Shown: positions 45,648-55,482 of the stretch, piece after piece
How positions within the stretch are numbered: the first letter of the stretch is position 1
Layout: each line of letters starts with the position of its first letter
Source of the DNA: Candidatus Anderseniibacteriota bacterium
GTDB lineage: Bacteria > Patescibacteriota > Andersenbacteria > UBA10190
Length of the DNA stretch: 64,000 nt
NCBI GenBank assembly: GCA_021414205.1
Contig: JAIOOW010000003.1
Span: forward strand, 300,365-364,364
Direction of reading: 5' to 3'
The notes under the pieces: model-generated
Database searches by the model: none
Told to the model about the DNA's origin: nothing
Seen by the model: only the letters and a program-made list of their open reading frames with translations
Translations under genes and position numbers: made by a program

Positions 45648-46571
45648 TTATTTTGGAAGTCTGCTGATGTAGTCCCCTGCTGAAAGCGCGGCGGAGCATC
45701 CGTGACCTGCTGCAACTACTATTTGCGCATCGCGGATATCAGTAACGTCTCCTGCTGCGAAGAATCCGGGAACGCTTGTTACAGCGTATCTGTCCGCGGG
45801 GATGGCTTTAAATTTGTTAAGCTCGATTAAATCTTTTACGGGTTCCGTGTTTGGATTAGCTCCGATAGTTACGAATATGCCCTCAACGGCGAGAGTCGTT
45901 TCCTCTTGAGTTGCTTTGTTCTTGTACGATAATCCCGATACGAGCTGTTCGCCGGTAATGCCCGTTGTCTGAGTGTTGTAGAGAATAGTTACCTTCGGGT
46001 CGTTTTCGAAGTTTGCTATGAGTACAGGATCGGCATTGAGTTTGTCTGTGTCGTGGAGAAGGTAAATATGCGAAGCAATTTTTTGCAACATAATAACAGC
46101 TTCCGCGCCTGTATTCCCTCCGCCGATTACTGCAACGTCTTTTCCTCCGAACAAGGGCGCATCGCATGTCGCACAATAAGTCACTCCTAAGTTCCTGTGC
46201 TCCTCTTCTCCCGGTACTCCGAGCATTCGCGGATGCCGGCCTGCCGTATAAATAACAGTTTTGCTTTGAAATTCTTTTCCGGATTCCGTTAGGGAAGTAA
46301 ATGTGTTTTCATCCTTTGTGATCTTCGCAACTTTATCTTGCACTACTTCCACTCCGTCCGCATGATCTTGCAAATGCGCAATCATTTTATCGGCAAGCGC
46401 ATTGCCGTCTGTGGTGCGGTCGCCTGGCCAGTTTTCGATATCTCCGGAATTGCGCACTTCCCCGCCCGGCAAATCGCCTATTAATACTACTGAAAGTTTT
46501 TTGCGAGCAGCGTAAATTCCGGCAGTAATTCCCGCAGGTCCGTAGCCAACAATTAGAACATCGTATGTCAT
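45648..46571 (-). CDS. trxB: thioredoxin-disulfide reductase
   Basis: FAD motif VLIVGYGPAGITAGIYAA, redox CATCDA, NADPH motif GGGNTGAEA. Confidence 0.9.
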   Translation of the reverse strand: MTYDVLIVGYGPAGITAGIYAARKKLSVVLIGDLPGGEVRNSGDIENWPGDRTTDGNALADKMIAHLQDHADGVEVVQDKVAKITKDENTFTSLTESGKEFQSKTVIYTAGRHPRMLGVPGEEEHRNLGVTYCATCDAPLFGGKDVAVIGGGNTGAEAVIMLQKIASHIYLLHDTDKLNADPVLIANFENDPKVTILYNTQTTGITGEQLVSGLSYKNKATQEETTLAVEGIFVTIGANPNTEPVKDLIELNKFKAIPADRYAVTSVPGFFAAGDVTDIRDAQIVVAAGHGCSAALSAGDYISRLPK

Positions 46572-46816
46572 AATGTGATATTTAATGCCGTAGCTAATGC
46601 TTCTCGATCGTATCCGATGATCATTTGTTCGTTTGGAGCCTCACCAATTAAAATAACAGGCACGCCCATTTGTCCGGAACGTTCTATCATTGCGCGCGCC
46701 TGGGATTGATCGTTGCTGACGTCTATCTCGGTATAAGCGATATCATGTTCTTTGAAGAACTCTTTAGTGGCTTTACAATATCCGCAAGTTTTGGTGGTGT
46801 AGATTGTAACTTTCAT
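46568..46816 (-). CDS. glutaredoxin-like/NrdH-like redoxin
   Basis: CGYC active site in a thioredoxin fold (KVTIYTTKTCGYCKATKEFF..GVPVILIG); overlaps the trxB start. Confidence 0.75.
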   Translation of the reverse strand: MKVTIYTTKTCGYCKATKEFFKEHDIAYTEIDVSNDQSQARAMIERSGQMGVPVILIGEAPNEQMIIGYDREALATALNITL

Positions 46817-46840
46817 ACGTACCATGATACCGTATGAGAT

Positions 46841-48121
46841 ATGAAAAAAACAGTAGCAGTTGTGGGATTAGGATATGTAGGGCTTCCATTAGCTTTGGTT
46901 GCGCGCAATAAAGGTTGGAATGTTGTAGGATTTGACGTTGACGCAAAAAAAGTGCAAAAAATTACGGCAGGAGTTGCGCCGTTCGAGGATGAATTTGTCG
47001 CCACACAGCTCAAAGACAATCCTCTTGAAGCTAGCACCGATCCTATCTGCATTGTTGATGCAGAAGTTGTGGTGGTTGCGGTACCCACTCCAGTAACAGA
47101 TGATCATATTCCAGATTTAACTCCTCTTACCTCTTCATTAGAATCAATTTTGCCGCATTTGCAGGACGGCCAATTGCTCTCAGTAGAATCGACTATAAAT
47201 CCGGGTGTTATGACGGAAGTTGTACTGCCTATTATCAAAAAGCGTCCGGAGCTTACTATTCATATCGTTCATTGCCCGGAGCGTGTTAATCCGGGAGACG
47301 CGAAATGGTCTGTTGCGAATATTCCTCGCGTGATAGGTGGATTCACTAAAGAAGCTACGAAAAAGGGCAAAGATTTTTATGAAAGTATTTTGGATGCAAA
47401 AGTAAAAGAAATGGATTCCGTCATGGAAGCGGAAGCAGTGAAGATTTTGGAAAATACATTTCGAGATATCAATATCGCATTCGTGAATGAAATGGCGAAG
47501 TCGTTTGATAAGCTCGGCATTGATATTAAAAACGTTATAGAGGGCGCTTCTACGAAGCCGTTTGCGTTTATGCCCCATTATCCTGGCAATGGTGTCGGCG
47601 GGCATTGTATTAGCGTTGATCCATATTACATGATCGAGAAGGCTCGCCAAGTAGGATTTGATCATGAATTTTTGAAACTTGCTCGAGAGATTAACAATTC
47701 CATGCCAGAATTCACGGTTGCGCTATTAGATAGAGCAAAAGAAAAACTAGAGCTATCTGAGCCAATAACAGTTGCATTGCTCGGCTTGTCGTATAAAAAG
47801 GACATTGATGATATTCGTGAGAGCCCAGCGCTTGATATGAAAAAAATATTAGAAGCACGTTCAGATGTTTCGCTTCGCGTATTCGATCCGCATGTACCTC
47901 GCATGTCGACAGTAGATTCGCTTGATGCTGCGCTTACGGATGCAGACGTTGTCATGCTCGCTACTAATCACAGCAATCTTGTTGAGGCTCTTACACCGGA
48001 AAACTTGAAACAATACGGCATAGTGTGCGTTATTGATGGAAAAAATGCGTTGAATGCAGACGGTATCGCAGAAGCTGGAATGTTGTATCTCGGAGTAGGA
48101 CGAACGCGCGAGGCAAAATAA
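46841..48121 (+). CDS. UDP-glucose/GDP-mannose dehydrogenase family nucleotide-sugar dehydrogenase
   Basis: N-terminal Rossmann VAVVGLGYVGLPLAL, catalytic Cys region (GGHCISVDP), C-terminal UDP-binding domain. Confidence 0.85.
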   Translation: MKKTVAVVGLGYVGLPLALVARNKGWNVVGFDVDAKKVQKITAGVAPFEDEFVATQLKDNPLEASTDPICIVDAEVVVVAVPTPVTDDHIPDLTPLTSSLESILPHLQDGQLLSVESTINPGVMTEVVLPIIKKRPELTIHIVHCPERVNPGDAKWSVANIPRVIGGFTKEATKKGKDFYESILDAKVKEMDSVMEAEAVKILENTFRDINIAFVNEMAKSFDKLGIDIKNVIEGASTKPFAFMPHYPGNGVGGHCISVDPYYMIEKARQVGFDHEFLKLAREINNSMPEFTVALLDRAKEKLELSEPITVALLGLSYKKDIDDIRESPALDMKKILEARSDVSLRVFDPHVPRMSTVDSLDAALTDADVVMLATNHSNLVEALTPENLKQYGIVCVIDGKNALNADGIAEAGMLYLGVGRTREAK

Positions 48122-48127
48122 AAAAAT

Positions 48128-48160
48128 ACTCGGTAGGAATTCCTACCGAGTTGTTGCGAA
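48128..48160. terminator. bidirectional Rho-independent terminator
   Basis: ACTCGGTAGG-aatt-CCTACCGAGT perfect 10-bp stem with an A-run before and a T-rich sequence after. Confidence 0.55.
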
Positions 48161-48183
48161 TGTGCATTGTGCGTTAATAGCGC

Positions 48184-48693
48184 CTAGGGTTCAGTTGCCC
48201 ATGCAACCAATTCACCCTGAACTCTTTCCTGGTCAAGGTCGAAGACGTTGCTCACATGAATCCATGCGCCGTCTCGTTCCCCGATGGCGCCCATTTGCCA
48301 TCCAGAGTCATCGTGCGTGAGGATAAGCATTTTTTGTTTCCCGCTTACATCCTTGAAGGCCACAGCTTTTCCGTCGTTGCTTAGGCGCGCAGTCAACTTT
48401 TCTGGAATAATGACCAGAATGCTGTCCTCATCTTCGCAGGTGATTCGAACGGCTCTCGATCGATCCATCGGTTCAAATCGGAGAGTCTTCTCGTGATTGC
48501 TCATCCCGTGCCGGATAACGGCTTCCTCGTGCTTTTCGCTCGAAGCAGAAAACCCATTTGCCACCTCTTTGTGTGCCTCTGGGCTTTGCTGAATGATTGC
48601 GATGCCCATCAGTAAGGCAAGCATGATCGAGCCACCCATAATCATGTTAGCCCACTTGTTCTTGCCATGTTTGCACGTGGTTTGTCCGCACAT
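48184..48693 (-). CDS. hypothetical membrane-anchored protein
   Basis: N-terminal hydrophobic helix (IMGGSIMLALLMGIAII); start ambiguous. Confidence 0.5.
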   Translation of the reverse strand: MCGQTTCKHGKNKWANMIMGGSIMLALLMGIAIIQQSPEAHKEVANGFSASSEKHEEAVIRHGMSNHEKTLRFEPMDRSRAVRITCEDEDSILVIIPEKLTARLSNDGKAVAFKDVSGKQKMLILTHDDSGWQMGAIGERDGAWIHVSNVFDLDQERVQGELVAWATEP

Positions 48694-48780
48694 TGCTCTG
48701 TCCCTTTTCCATTCGGTTGTGAAATAACACCCTCAATTAGGGTTTTTATATTATACTCTTATTTGTATATAAAGTCAATA

Positions 48781-49683
48781 CTATTTTGTTCGCATGCTCA
48801 TTAGTTTTGCCACTTCCGCAAATTGTGCATCTTCGCTCGGGTCATTCATGACAACGGCTACCCTATCTTTCAGCGCATTGGCACCTTCTTGTACTAGGCA
48901 ATATCCTGCCTCATATAAAAAACCTGTCTTGCTTCCTGAAATAGCTACTTGCCCTAATTGTGCAGGCTTGTTTGTGTTGCGTATCGTATGTTCTCTATTT
49001 GTGCCGCGAACGGTGAATGTGTATTCCTTTTGGCTCGTAGCCTGAGAAATTTCCGGATAATGGGTAAATGCATAATGCGCCATTACGGCGATGTCATATG
49101 CACTAGAAACGTTTTTTGGAGTAAGTCCGGTAACATCGTAAAACTGCGTTTGTTCTAAATGCAATTCCACTGCTTTGCGGTTCATCTCCTGAATAAATTC
49201 ATCGGTCGGTATGCCAAGCTGGCGGACATATGCTCTTGTGGCATTATTTGCGGATCCTAATAGTGATGCGTTAAATAAATCTTTCATGGTGACTGTTTCT
49301 CCCGGTGCCAGCACAAGCTCTCCGCCCACGGTATATTCATCTGGAAGTATATCGGCTTGCTTATTCCAATCTATCCCATGATCGATCGCAATCATTGCGG
49401 TCATAAGTTTGGTAATGCTTGCAAGGGGCCGTTGCTCAAACGCATTTTTTTGGAATAGGATTTGATTGTTTTCTCCATCATATGCTATTGCGCTCGTTGC
49501 TTGAAATCCGGAAGAATCTGTTGACTGTTGCGATGCATCTATCGGTAGGCCGAGAGGAATATTTGCAGTTCCCAAAAGGGGTGTGGGTGCCGGGTCTGCA
49601 TGTACAATGTGTGCAATAATTGCGCCAAGTCCGAAGGATAAGCTGACACACAATACCACGAAGAAGGCCGTAACTTTATGCAT
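48781..49683 (-). CDS. dacA: D-alanyl-D-alanine carboxypeptidase (S11, PBP5-like)
   Basis: SxxK (ASITKLMT), SxN (LGSANNA), KTG (SGSKTGF); signal peptide. Confidence 0.8.
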   Translation of the reverse strand: MHKVTAFFVVLCVSLSFGLGAIIAHIVHADPAPTPLLGTANIPLGLPIDASQQSTDSSGFQATSAIAYDGENNQILFQKNAFEQRPLASITKLMTAMIAIDHGIDWNKQADILPDEYTVGGELVLAPGETVTMKDLFNASLLGSANNATRAYVRQLGIPTDEFIQEMNRKAVELHLEQTQFYDVTGLTPKNVSSAYDIAVMAHYAFTHYPEISQATSQKEYTFTVRGTNREHTIRNTNKPAQLGQVAISGSKTGFLYEAGYCLVQEGANALKDRVAVVMNDPSEDAQFAEVAKLMSMRTK

Positions 49684-49720
49684 ACTCGGCTTAGTGTACA
49701 ATAGAACAAACGCGCTTTCT

Positions 49721-50320
49721 ATGCATATTATTCACACAACAGACGTATCTTCCGCAGTTCAATATATTCGTGATGGGCGAATAGTCGCCTTCCCTACCGG
49801 AACGTCGTACGGCCTAGCTGTAGACGCGTTACAGGGGCATGCCCTCCAGCGTTTGCGCAATGCAAAAAGGCGTCCTGAGGAAAAGACGTTTACGATTTTT
49901 CTAGATGAAAGCTTATGGGATCAATATTTAGATATAACCCAAGCAGAAAAAAACATGTTACATCGATATGCAAATACGGCGCTTACGTTATTAGTGAAAC
50001 CAAAAGAGTCACTGATGCATTTGGCGCAAGATGAATTGATTGGCCTACGCGTGATTGATCATCTCATGATGGCTGAGCTCGCGGAGAAAGCGGGTGTTCC
50101 TCTTACTGCAACGAGCGCTAATGTGTCGGGACAAGATGCCTGCTATAACGAAGAGTGTATAGAAAAATCCTTTCCCGGAAAAATTGGAACAACGTATGAT
50201 TTGTCACTCGCGTGCATTTTAGATGGTGGTAGTTTGCGAAAAGGATTAGTAAGTACAATTGCGAAACTGGAAAACGGAAAGATTGTCATTGTGCGCCAAG
50301 GTGCGCTGATGCTGAGATAG
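49721..50320 (+). CDS. tsaC: L-threonylcarbamoyladenylate synthase (YrdC/Sua5 family)
   Basis: VAFPTGTSYGLAVDA and TATSANVSG motifs of the YrdC domain. Confidence 0.8.
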   Translation: MHIIHTTDVSSAVQYIRDGRIVAFPTGTSYGLAVDALQGHALQRLRNAKRRPEEKTFTIFLDESLWDQYLDITQAEKNMLHRYANTALTLLVKPKESLMHLAQDELIGLRVIDHLMMAELAEKAGVPLTATSANVSGQDACYNEECIEKSFPGKIGTTYDLSLACILDGGSLRKGLVSTIAKLENGKIVIVRQGALMLR

Positions 50321-50321
50321 G

Positions 50322-50642
50322 CTATATCTTGTAGTTGCACTTCTTAATCGCATCTTCGAGTGACGCTTTTGCTTGCTGTATGCTTTGGATTTGATCTGCA
50401 GGCGCATTCTCTTTTTGGAGTGTTTGAATGTCCTGATCCATTGCTGACAGCGTTGCAGGCAGCTGTGCAATATCTTCTGGTGTTGCATTGCATGGAAGCG
50501 GAGTGGCGATCGGTGATGGAGATGCTCCCCTATTTACAGCTGTCTTGATTTGATTGGAGTACAAGTTAAATGCCACAGGAGCTGTTCCGATGAATGCAAT
50601 AGCTGCGACAGCGATTCCGGCTACGATAGGGTGGAATTTCAT
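50322..50642 (-). CDS. hypothetical membrane-anchored small protein (106 aa)
   Basis: N-terminal TM (IVAGIAVAAIAFIG), Pro/Ala-rich segment, C-terminal helix. Confidence 0.5.
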   Translation of the reverse strand: MKFHPIVAGIAVAAIAFIGTAPVAFNLYSNQIKTAVNRGASPSPIATPLPCNATPEDIAQLPATLSAMDQDIQTLQKENAPADQIQSIQQAKASLEDAIKKCNYKI

Positions 50643-50644
50643 AG

Positions 50645-51610
50645 TTATTGAAGGCGTTTATTGATTATAAATGTACCATATCCGATGCCGATGAGCAGGA
50701 ATCCTGATGCAATTAGCGCGAGCGGCCAGCCGACAACATCGCTGAAGTATTCAGCAGTGAGTTTGAGGATATAGCCCATTAAATAGAGGCTGGCGATAAC
50801 CAAGGTTGATCTGCTTTTTAAGAAAACGGAAAGCGCCATCATGCCGAAGCAAATACCCACAAACCCGATTTCCCATATGATGTTTACGCTCGGTTTATAT
50901 CCGCCGAGTGCGAATGAGGCTCCTAAGAACATGAGCGAGCCTATCGAGTACAGCCAGGCTGTAAGAGTTGTAAAGCGTGAGCGCAAGCCATAGCCTAAGA
51001 GCAAATACGAAAACCCTAAGATCAAAAATCTGTATTCAAGCATTTCTACTGTATTTAGCGCTGATCCTTGCAAGAGCGAATGGGTTGCCGAAAAATACAA
51101 CAAGCTGCCGAATGCAATGGAAAAGAATCGGAATACTCCTTGCTTTGTGATGAATATTGATGCGACCGTTGCAATGAACATGATCCCATAGATGATGTCG
51201 GAATAGCTGATAATATTCGAGTTGTACGCATATTCATGTAAAGTGATGTAGATTCCAAGGGGCGTAAGGAAATTGAATATGAGATAAAATGCGAACGCTA
51301 CTCCGGTGAGATTCTTTGTGCGTGAAATAAGGTGCGCCGTTATGTATGATGTGATACCGCACCCGAGCGTCACAAGAATACGGGCAAGGGTATTGAGTGC
51401 TCCCCACTGCTGGTGGACGAACAATACTAAGCCGATAAAAATAATAAGTCCGCCGATTGCGTAGAGGATTGTAATAAGGGATAGCGATTTGCGCCCTGGT
51501 TGGCGAATTTCTCCCATTCCCCTGTCGAATGCCGATAGCACTTCTTCGCGAGTAATTTTTTTTGCGGCTGAGCTCTCGGTAATTGCGGTAAGAAGGTCTT
51601 CTTTGTTCAT
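50645..51610 (-). CDS. hypothetical multi-pass membrane protein (321 aa)
   Basis: About eight hydrophobic helices after a 40-aa cytoplasmic N-terminus. Confidence 0.55.
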   Translation of the reverse strand: MNKEDLLTAITESSAAKKITREEVLSAFDRGMGEIRQPGRKSLSLITILYAIGGLIIFIGLVLFVHQQWGALNTLARILVTLGCGITSYITAHLISRTKNLTGVAFAFYLIFNFLTPLGIYITLHEYAYNSNIISYSDIIYGIMFIATVASIFITKQGVFRFFSIAFGSLLYFSATHSLLQGSALNTVEMLEYRFLILGFSYLLLGYGLRSRFTTLTAWLYSIGSLMFLGASFALGGYKPSVNIIWEIGFVGICFGMMALSVFLKSRSTLVIASLYLMGYILKLTAEYFSDVVGWPLALIASGFLLIGIGYGTFIINKRLQ

Positions 51611-51618
51611 AGGTGCTT

Positions 51619-52170
51619 CTACTTAGCTACCCAAGCAACGAATGAAAACGGCAAATCGTTCCCCTTGGTAATAATTGTAACTTTTTTACTTGCTGTGTTT
51701 TTAGAAAGGTATGCGCTTGCGCGATCATTTTGTCCTTCAAAGTAGAATGGGAACATTCCGCCGGAGGACGTGCCATACGTAAAAGTAAATCCGTCTGGGG
51801 ATATGGAATCATCAGAGAGTGTGCGCTTTGCGATATCGTCAAACGAAATTTCTTCGTTGGTATCAGTTGCGGTGTGATGAATGAAAAATCGCGGTAGCCC
51901 TTGCCCCTGATACGGGTACGGCGCGTTGTCTAGCTTTGTTGATACGGTAATGGTCGAGTCGGTAATACGTCCCTTTTTAATGCTGTATGAATGTTGTATT
52001 TGCTGCCCGTTTTCAATTTGTACTGCAGTCGGGTACTGGCCGAGTGCATATACGAAGTCTGTTTGAGGGTGGATAGACTGCCCAGGAATAATGATGGCGA
52101 GCGCAATACCGATAACCATGAGAACAGGGATGGAAAGTCCCACAATAAGGGATATCGATGAAGGCTTCAT
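51619..52170 (-). CDS. hypothetical membrane-anchored protein (183 aa)
   Basis: N-terminal TM (LIVGLSIPVLMVIGIALAIII) and beta-rich extracytoplasmic domain. Confidence 0.5.
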   Translation of the reverse strand: MKPSSISLIVGLSIPVLMVIGIALAIIIPGQSIHPQTDFVYALGQYPTAVQIENGQQIQHSYSIKKGRITDSTITVSTKLDNAPYPYQGQGLPRFFIHHTATDTNEEISFDDIAKRTLSDDSISPDGFTFTYGTSSGGMFPFYFEGQNDRASAYLSKNTASKKVTIITKGNDLPFSFVAWVAK

Positions 52171-52188
52171 ATTCCCTTCATTGTATAT

Positions 52189-53436
52189 CTAAAATTCAGA
52201 TGTGTCACGAGGCAAAAAGAGCCCGATAATCCATTCAAATAGCACTTGAATGCGATTTCCCCAGCCAAACATGCTCTCTAAAAATACGATTCTGCGTAGG
52301 AGCCATGCGAGGAAACCCGTTGTAATGAAATCGCCTTTTTCATAAATTGCATATCCGTTTCCGATTGGGATAATATCGCCCTTATGTTTATATTCTTTCT
52401 TGTGAAGAGGTTTTTTAGATATATGCGCAATGATATTTTTTGAAACCAGTTCAGCAGCCTGCACGGCAGCTTGCGCCAACGGCGGATATGAATACTGCTT
52501 GTCGGTAATGGACGCGCAATCCCCGATGCCGAATATTTCCGGATAGGCTGGTGTTTGGAATGTTGGAGATAGCAGTAAAAGCCCTCTTTCGGTGAGCATA
52601 TTTTTTGGTAAAAGTGATTGCAGGACACTTTCGGTTCCCGCTGTCCAAAATACGCTGTTGCTTGCGATTGATTTTCCTGAAGCTAAGGACACGCCGTTTT
52701 TGGTAACCTCTACAACGCGTTCTCGCAACAATGTTTTTACCCCTAGTTTATAGAGGTGTTTTTTTGCTTCAAATGACGCCCGAGGTGATAGCTGCTCTAA
52801 GAGCCGAGTTCCTGCATGGACAATAGATACTTGCGACAAACTGATTGGCACATCGCCATAAAATTGCCTCATCTCGTGCTGGATTAAGTCCGATACTTGG
52901 CCCGCAAGCTCTGTCCCCGTTGCTCCGCCGCCTACAATAACGAAATTGAGGTATGATAGCATCGCTTCTTTGTTTTTCTTGTCGTGCATTTCTGATGCCA
53001 TTTCAAATGACTTGATGATGCGGTTTCGGATGGAAACGGCTCCCGGAAGCCACTTGAGGGCAAGCGCATATTTTTCAGCTCCCGGGGTGCCGAAAAATCC
53101 TTGCTCGACTCCCAATGCAATTACTAGGATATCGTATGAATGGTCGCCGGTGCTTGTGTGTACGATTTTCGCTTTCGGATCGATGCCGGTAATATCTGCC
53201 TGGTGAAAATCTTTCCCGCAACAGGTCAGGATTTCTCGCAATGGCTGTACTACGTGCTCCCGATCAACGGCTCCTGTTGCAACTTCGTGCAGCATTGGAG
53301 AATACGTAAAGTAGTTGGTTTTGCTGATTAATTCAATCCTTATATTATGAATATTCGCCGGATGAATCAGCTTATGAAGGCGTTGGTATGTAGATATACC
53401 ACCGAATCCCCCTCCTAATATAAGTATTTTCTTCAT
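52189..53436 (-). CDS. ndh: type II NADH dehydrogenase/FAD-dependent pyridine nucleotide-disulfide oxidoreductase
   Basis: Two dinucleotide-binding motifs (ILILGGGFGG; FVIVGGGATGTELAG). Confidence 0.8.
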   Translation of the reverse strand: MKKILILGGGFGGISTYQRLHKLIHPANIHNIRIELISKTNYFTYSPMLHEVATGAVDREHVVQPLREILTCCGKDFHQADITGIDPKAKIVHTSTGDHSYDILVIALGVEQGFFGTPGAEKYALALKWLPGAVSIRNRIIKSFEMASEMHDKKNKEAMLSYLNFVIVGGGATGTELAGQVSDLIQHEMRQFYGDVPISLSQVSIVHAGTRLLEQLSPRASFEAKKHLYKLGVKTLLRERVVEVTKNGVSLASGKSIASNSVFWTAGTESVLQSLLPKNMLTERGLLLLSPTFQTPAYPEIFGIGDCASITDKQYSYPPLAQAAVQAAELVSKNIIAHISKKPLHKKEYKHKGDIIPIGNGYAIYEKGDFITTGFLAWLLRRIVFLESMFGWGNRIQVLFEWIIGLFLPRDTSEF

Positions 53437-53442
53437 TGCTGA

Positions 53443-53640
53443 TTATGTATATGTTTTTTCGATTTCCTGAACCGTATTTTCAATCTCTTGAAGCCTCTCT
53501 TGCAGTTTCTTGGCAAGTTTTAATCCCTGTTCAAACTTCGGCAAGTCTTTTTCCAGATCGAGCTCTCGTGATTCAAAATCTTTCACGATACCTTCAAGTT
53601 CGCTATATCCTTTGGTAAAATCAAATTTCTTTTCAGTCAT
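53443..53640 (-). CDS. xseB: exodeoxyribonuclease VII small subunit
   Basis: 65-aa helical protein with FEQGLKLAKKLQERLQEIE typical of XseB. Confidence 0.8.
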   Translation of the reverse strand: MTEKKFDFTKGYSELEGIVKDFESRELDLEKDLPKFEQGLKLAKKLQERLQEIENTVQEIEKTYT

Positions 53641-53652
53641 AGCGCAAGTTTA

Positions 53653-54828
53653 TCACGAGCCTATCTTCTGGACAACGGAAGAAATAGACCCGTCTGCAAG
53701 TGTGGTAGTAAGCTCCTCGCCTTCTGAAATATTAGCAGCATGCTTTAGAATGTTTCCAGAACTGTTTCGCGTAATGCTGAATCCGCGTGCAAGTACTTGT
53801 TGGGGCGATAGAGCTGTAAGAACGCGCTTCATGCCGTCTATCTTTTGGTGAGATGAAGCAACGCTGTCTTTCACTCGTGCAGATACAGATCGAATCCGGT
53901 CAATTAACTGCTCTATGTTTCGCGTTGCCTGGTGCAATCGATTGCTCATCGCATGAATTGCTGAGCGAACATTGTTTTGATTGTTTTGCAGCTGGTTTGC
54001 GAGCGATGAAGAAATTGCCAGCTTCATGCGAGTAATATCGGCGAGGATTTCGTCTCGGCTTCGGACTACGAGTTCTGCCGCATTGCTCGGAGTTGATGCG
54101 CGAATGTCGGCCGCCAGTTCTGCTAAGCTTACATCGCGTTCGTGCCCGATGCCGACTATCGTAGGAGTTCTAGATCCTGCCACGGCGCGTACGACGTGCT
54201 CGTCATTAAACGCCATTAAATCTTCTAAGCTCCCGCCACCCCTTACCAGCACAATCGCATCGAGATTTTCAAGTTCTGTATTTGCCGTTTCAAGCGCAGA
54301 TATGATTTGCCTCGGTGCATCATCTCCTTGTACTTGGGTATGGATAAAAGATATGTGCAATCCGCCCAGCCTTCCTTGCAATACTTTTAAGAAATCTTTA
54401 TATGCGGCAGCTTCTCTTGATGTGATGAGCGCAATATGTTGAGGAAATTTTGGAAGCGCGCGTTTACGCTCTGGAGCGAATAATCCTTCTTGTGCTAATT
54501 TTTTCTGTAATAATTCAAATGCTCTTTTTAGTGATCCTTCGCCTGCTGGCTTTACGGATTGCACCACAAAACTTAAAAATCCTTTTTCGCGCAGATTGGG
54601 CTTTCCTGTAACGCGCACCAGCATGCCGTCTTCTAATGCAACGCGTAGCTGCCATACGGTCATGAAGCATTTTAGCACGCTTTTTTCGTCTTTAATGTCG
54701 AATGTGACCCATTTATTGTGAATCACGTTGAAGCCGGACACTTCTCCTTCCACCACTAAATCTCCAAGAGAATCCAAGGCAATATTAATTGCCTCCACGC
54801 ATTGGCTTACGGATAATACGATTTCCAT
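53653..54828 (-). CDS. xseA: exodeoxyribonuclease VII large subunit
   Basis: N-terminal OB fold (VVEGEVSGFNVIHNKWVTFDIKDE), central catalytic region and C-terminal coiled coil. Confidence 0.85.
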   Translation of the reverse strand: MEIVLSVSQCVEAINIALDSLGDLVVEGEVSGFNVIHNKWVTFDIKDEKSVLKCFMTVWQLRVALEDGMLVRVTGKPNLREKGFLSFVVQSVKPAGEGSLKRAFELLQKKLAQEGLFAPERKRALPKFPQHIALITSREAAAYKDFLKVLQGRLGGLHISFIHTQVQGDDAPRQIISALETANTELENLDAIVLVRGGGSLEDLMAFNDEHVVRAVAGSRTPTIVGIGHERDVSLAELAADIRASTPSNAAELVVRSRDEILADITRMKLAISSSLANQLQNNQNNVRSAIHAMSNRLHQATRNIEQLIDRIRSVSARVKDSVASSHQKIDGMKRVLTALSPQQVLARGFSITRNSSGNILKHAANISEGEELTTTLADGSISSVVQKIGS

Positions 54829-54835
54829 CTATACA

Positions 54836-55447
54836 CTATCTCTCAGATTGCGGGCATTGTGCAAATTGGCATTGTGGGCCGGTGCGGCCGACATACGATC
54901 CATCCGGACACAGCATGGCTTCTTGAGTACAGATGCCTGCGCCGTATCCTATAGACTGTTTATTTAATTGCCACACAGAAAAATTTAAATATCCTGCAAA
55001 TGTTACCCAGAGAATATATGGGGCAAGTAAATATGCTGCTGTTTTATTGATTGGTTTAAATACGTATATAGTCAGTGCGATAAAAATCCACATTGCTAGT
55101 AAGTTCAAGAATGCCAGCGCAGGGTTATGAAGCCCGAAAAAGATAATCGACCACATGGTATTGAGGAGCAATTGCGCAACGAATATCCATAGCGCAAACT
55201 CGATCACTTTCCGCTTCTTTTTCTGTTTTGTTTTGCGATATTGTTCCCAGATAAGAAATACAGCAATGCCCATCAGTGCGTATAATAACGTCCACACTGG
55301 TCCAAATACCCAGCTTGGCGGATTCAGCATTGGCTTTGTAAGCGTTGCATACCAGTTTGTAATTTCGGGTGCTGTAAAGATCGAACCAAGCGCTCCTGCA
55401 ATTTCGCAAGCTACTATAAAGAATATCGCTCTCCCCCATGTGTTCAT
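54836..55447 (-). CDS. tspO: TspO/MBR family protein with C-terminal Cys-rich extension
   Basis: Five-TM tryptophan-rich pattern (PSWVFGPVWTLLYALMG..); extra C-terminal CTQEAMLCPDGSYVGRTGPQCQFAQCP. Confidence 0.75.
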   Translation of the reverse strand: MNTWGRAIFFIVACEIAGALGSIFTAPEITNWYATLTKPMLNPPSWVFGPVWTLLYALMGIAVFLIWEQYRKTKQKKKRKVIEFALWIFVAQLLLNTMWSIIFFGLHNPALAFLNLLAMWIFIALTIYVFKPINKTAAYLLAPYILWVTFAGYLNFSVWQLNKQSIGYGAGICTQEAMLCPDGSYVGRTGPQCQFAQCPQSER

Positions 55448-55482
55448 ATGGGAAGTATAGCATCTTTTATATGGAGTATGAA

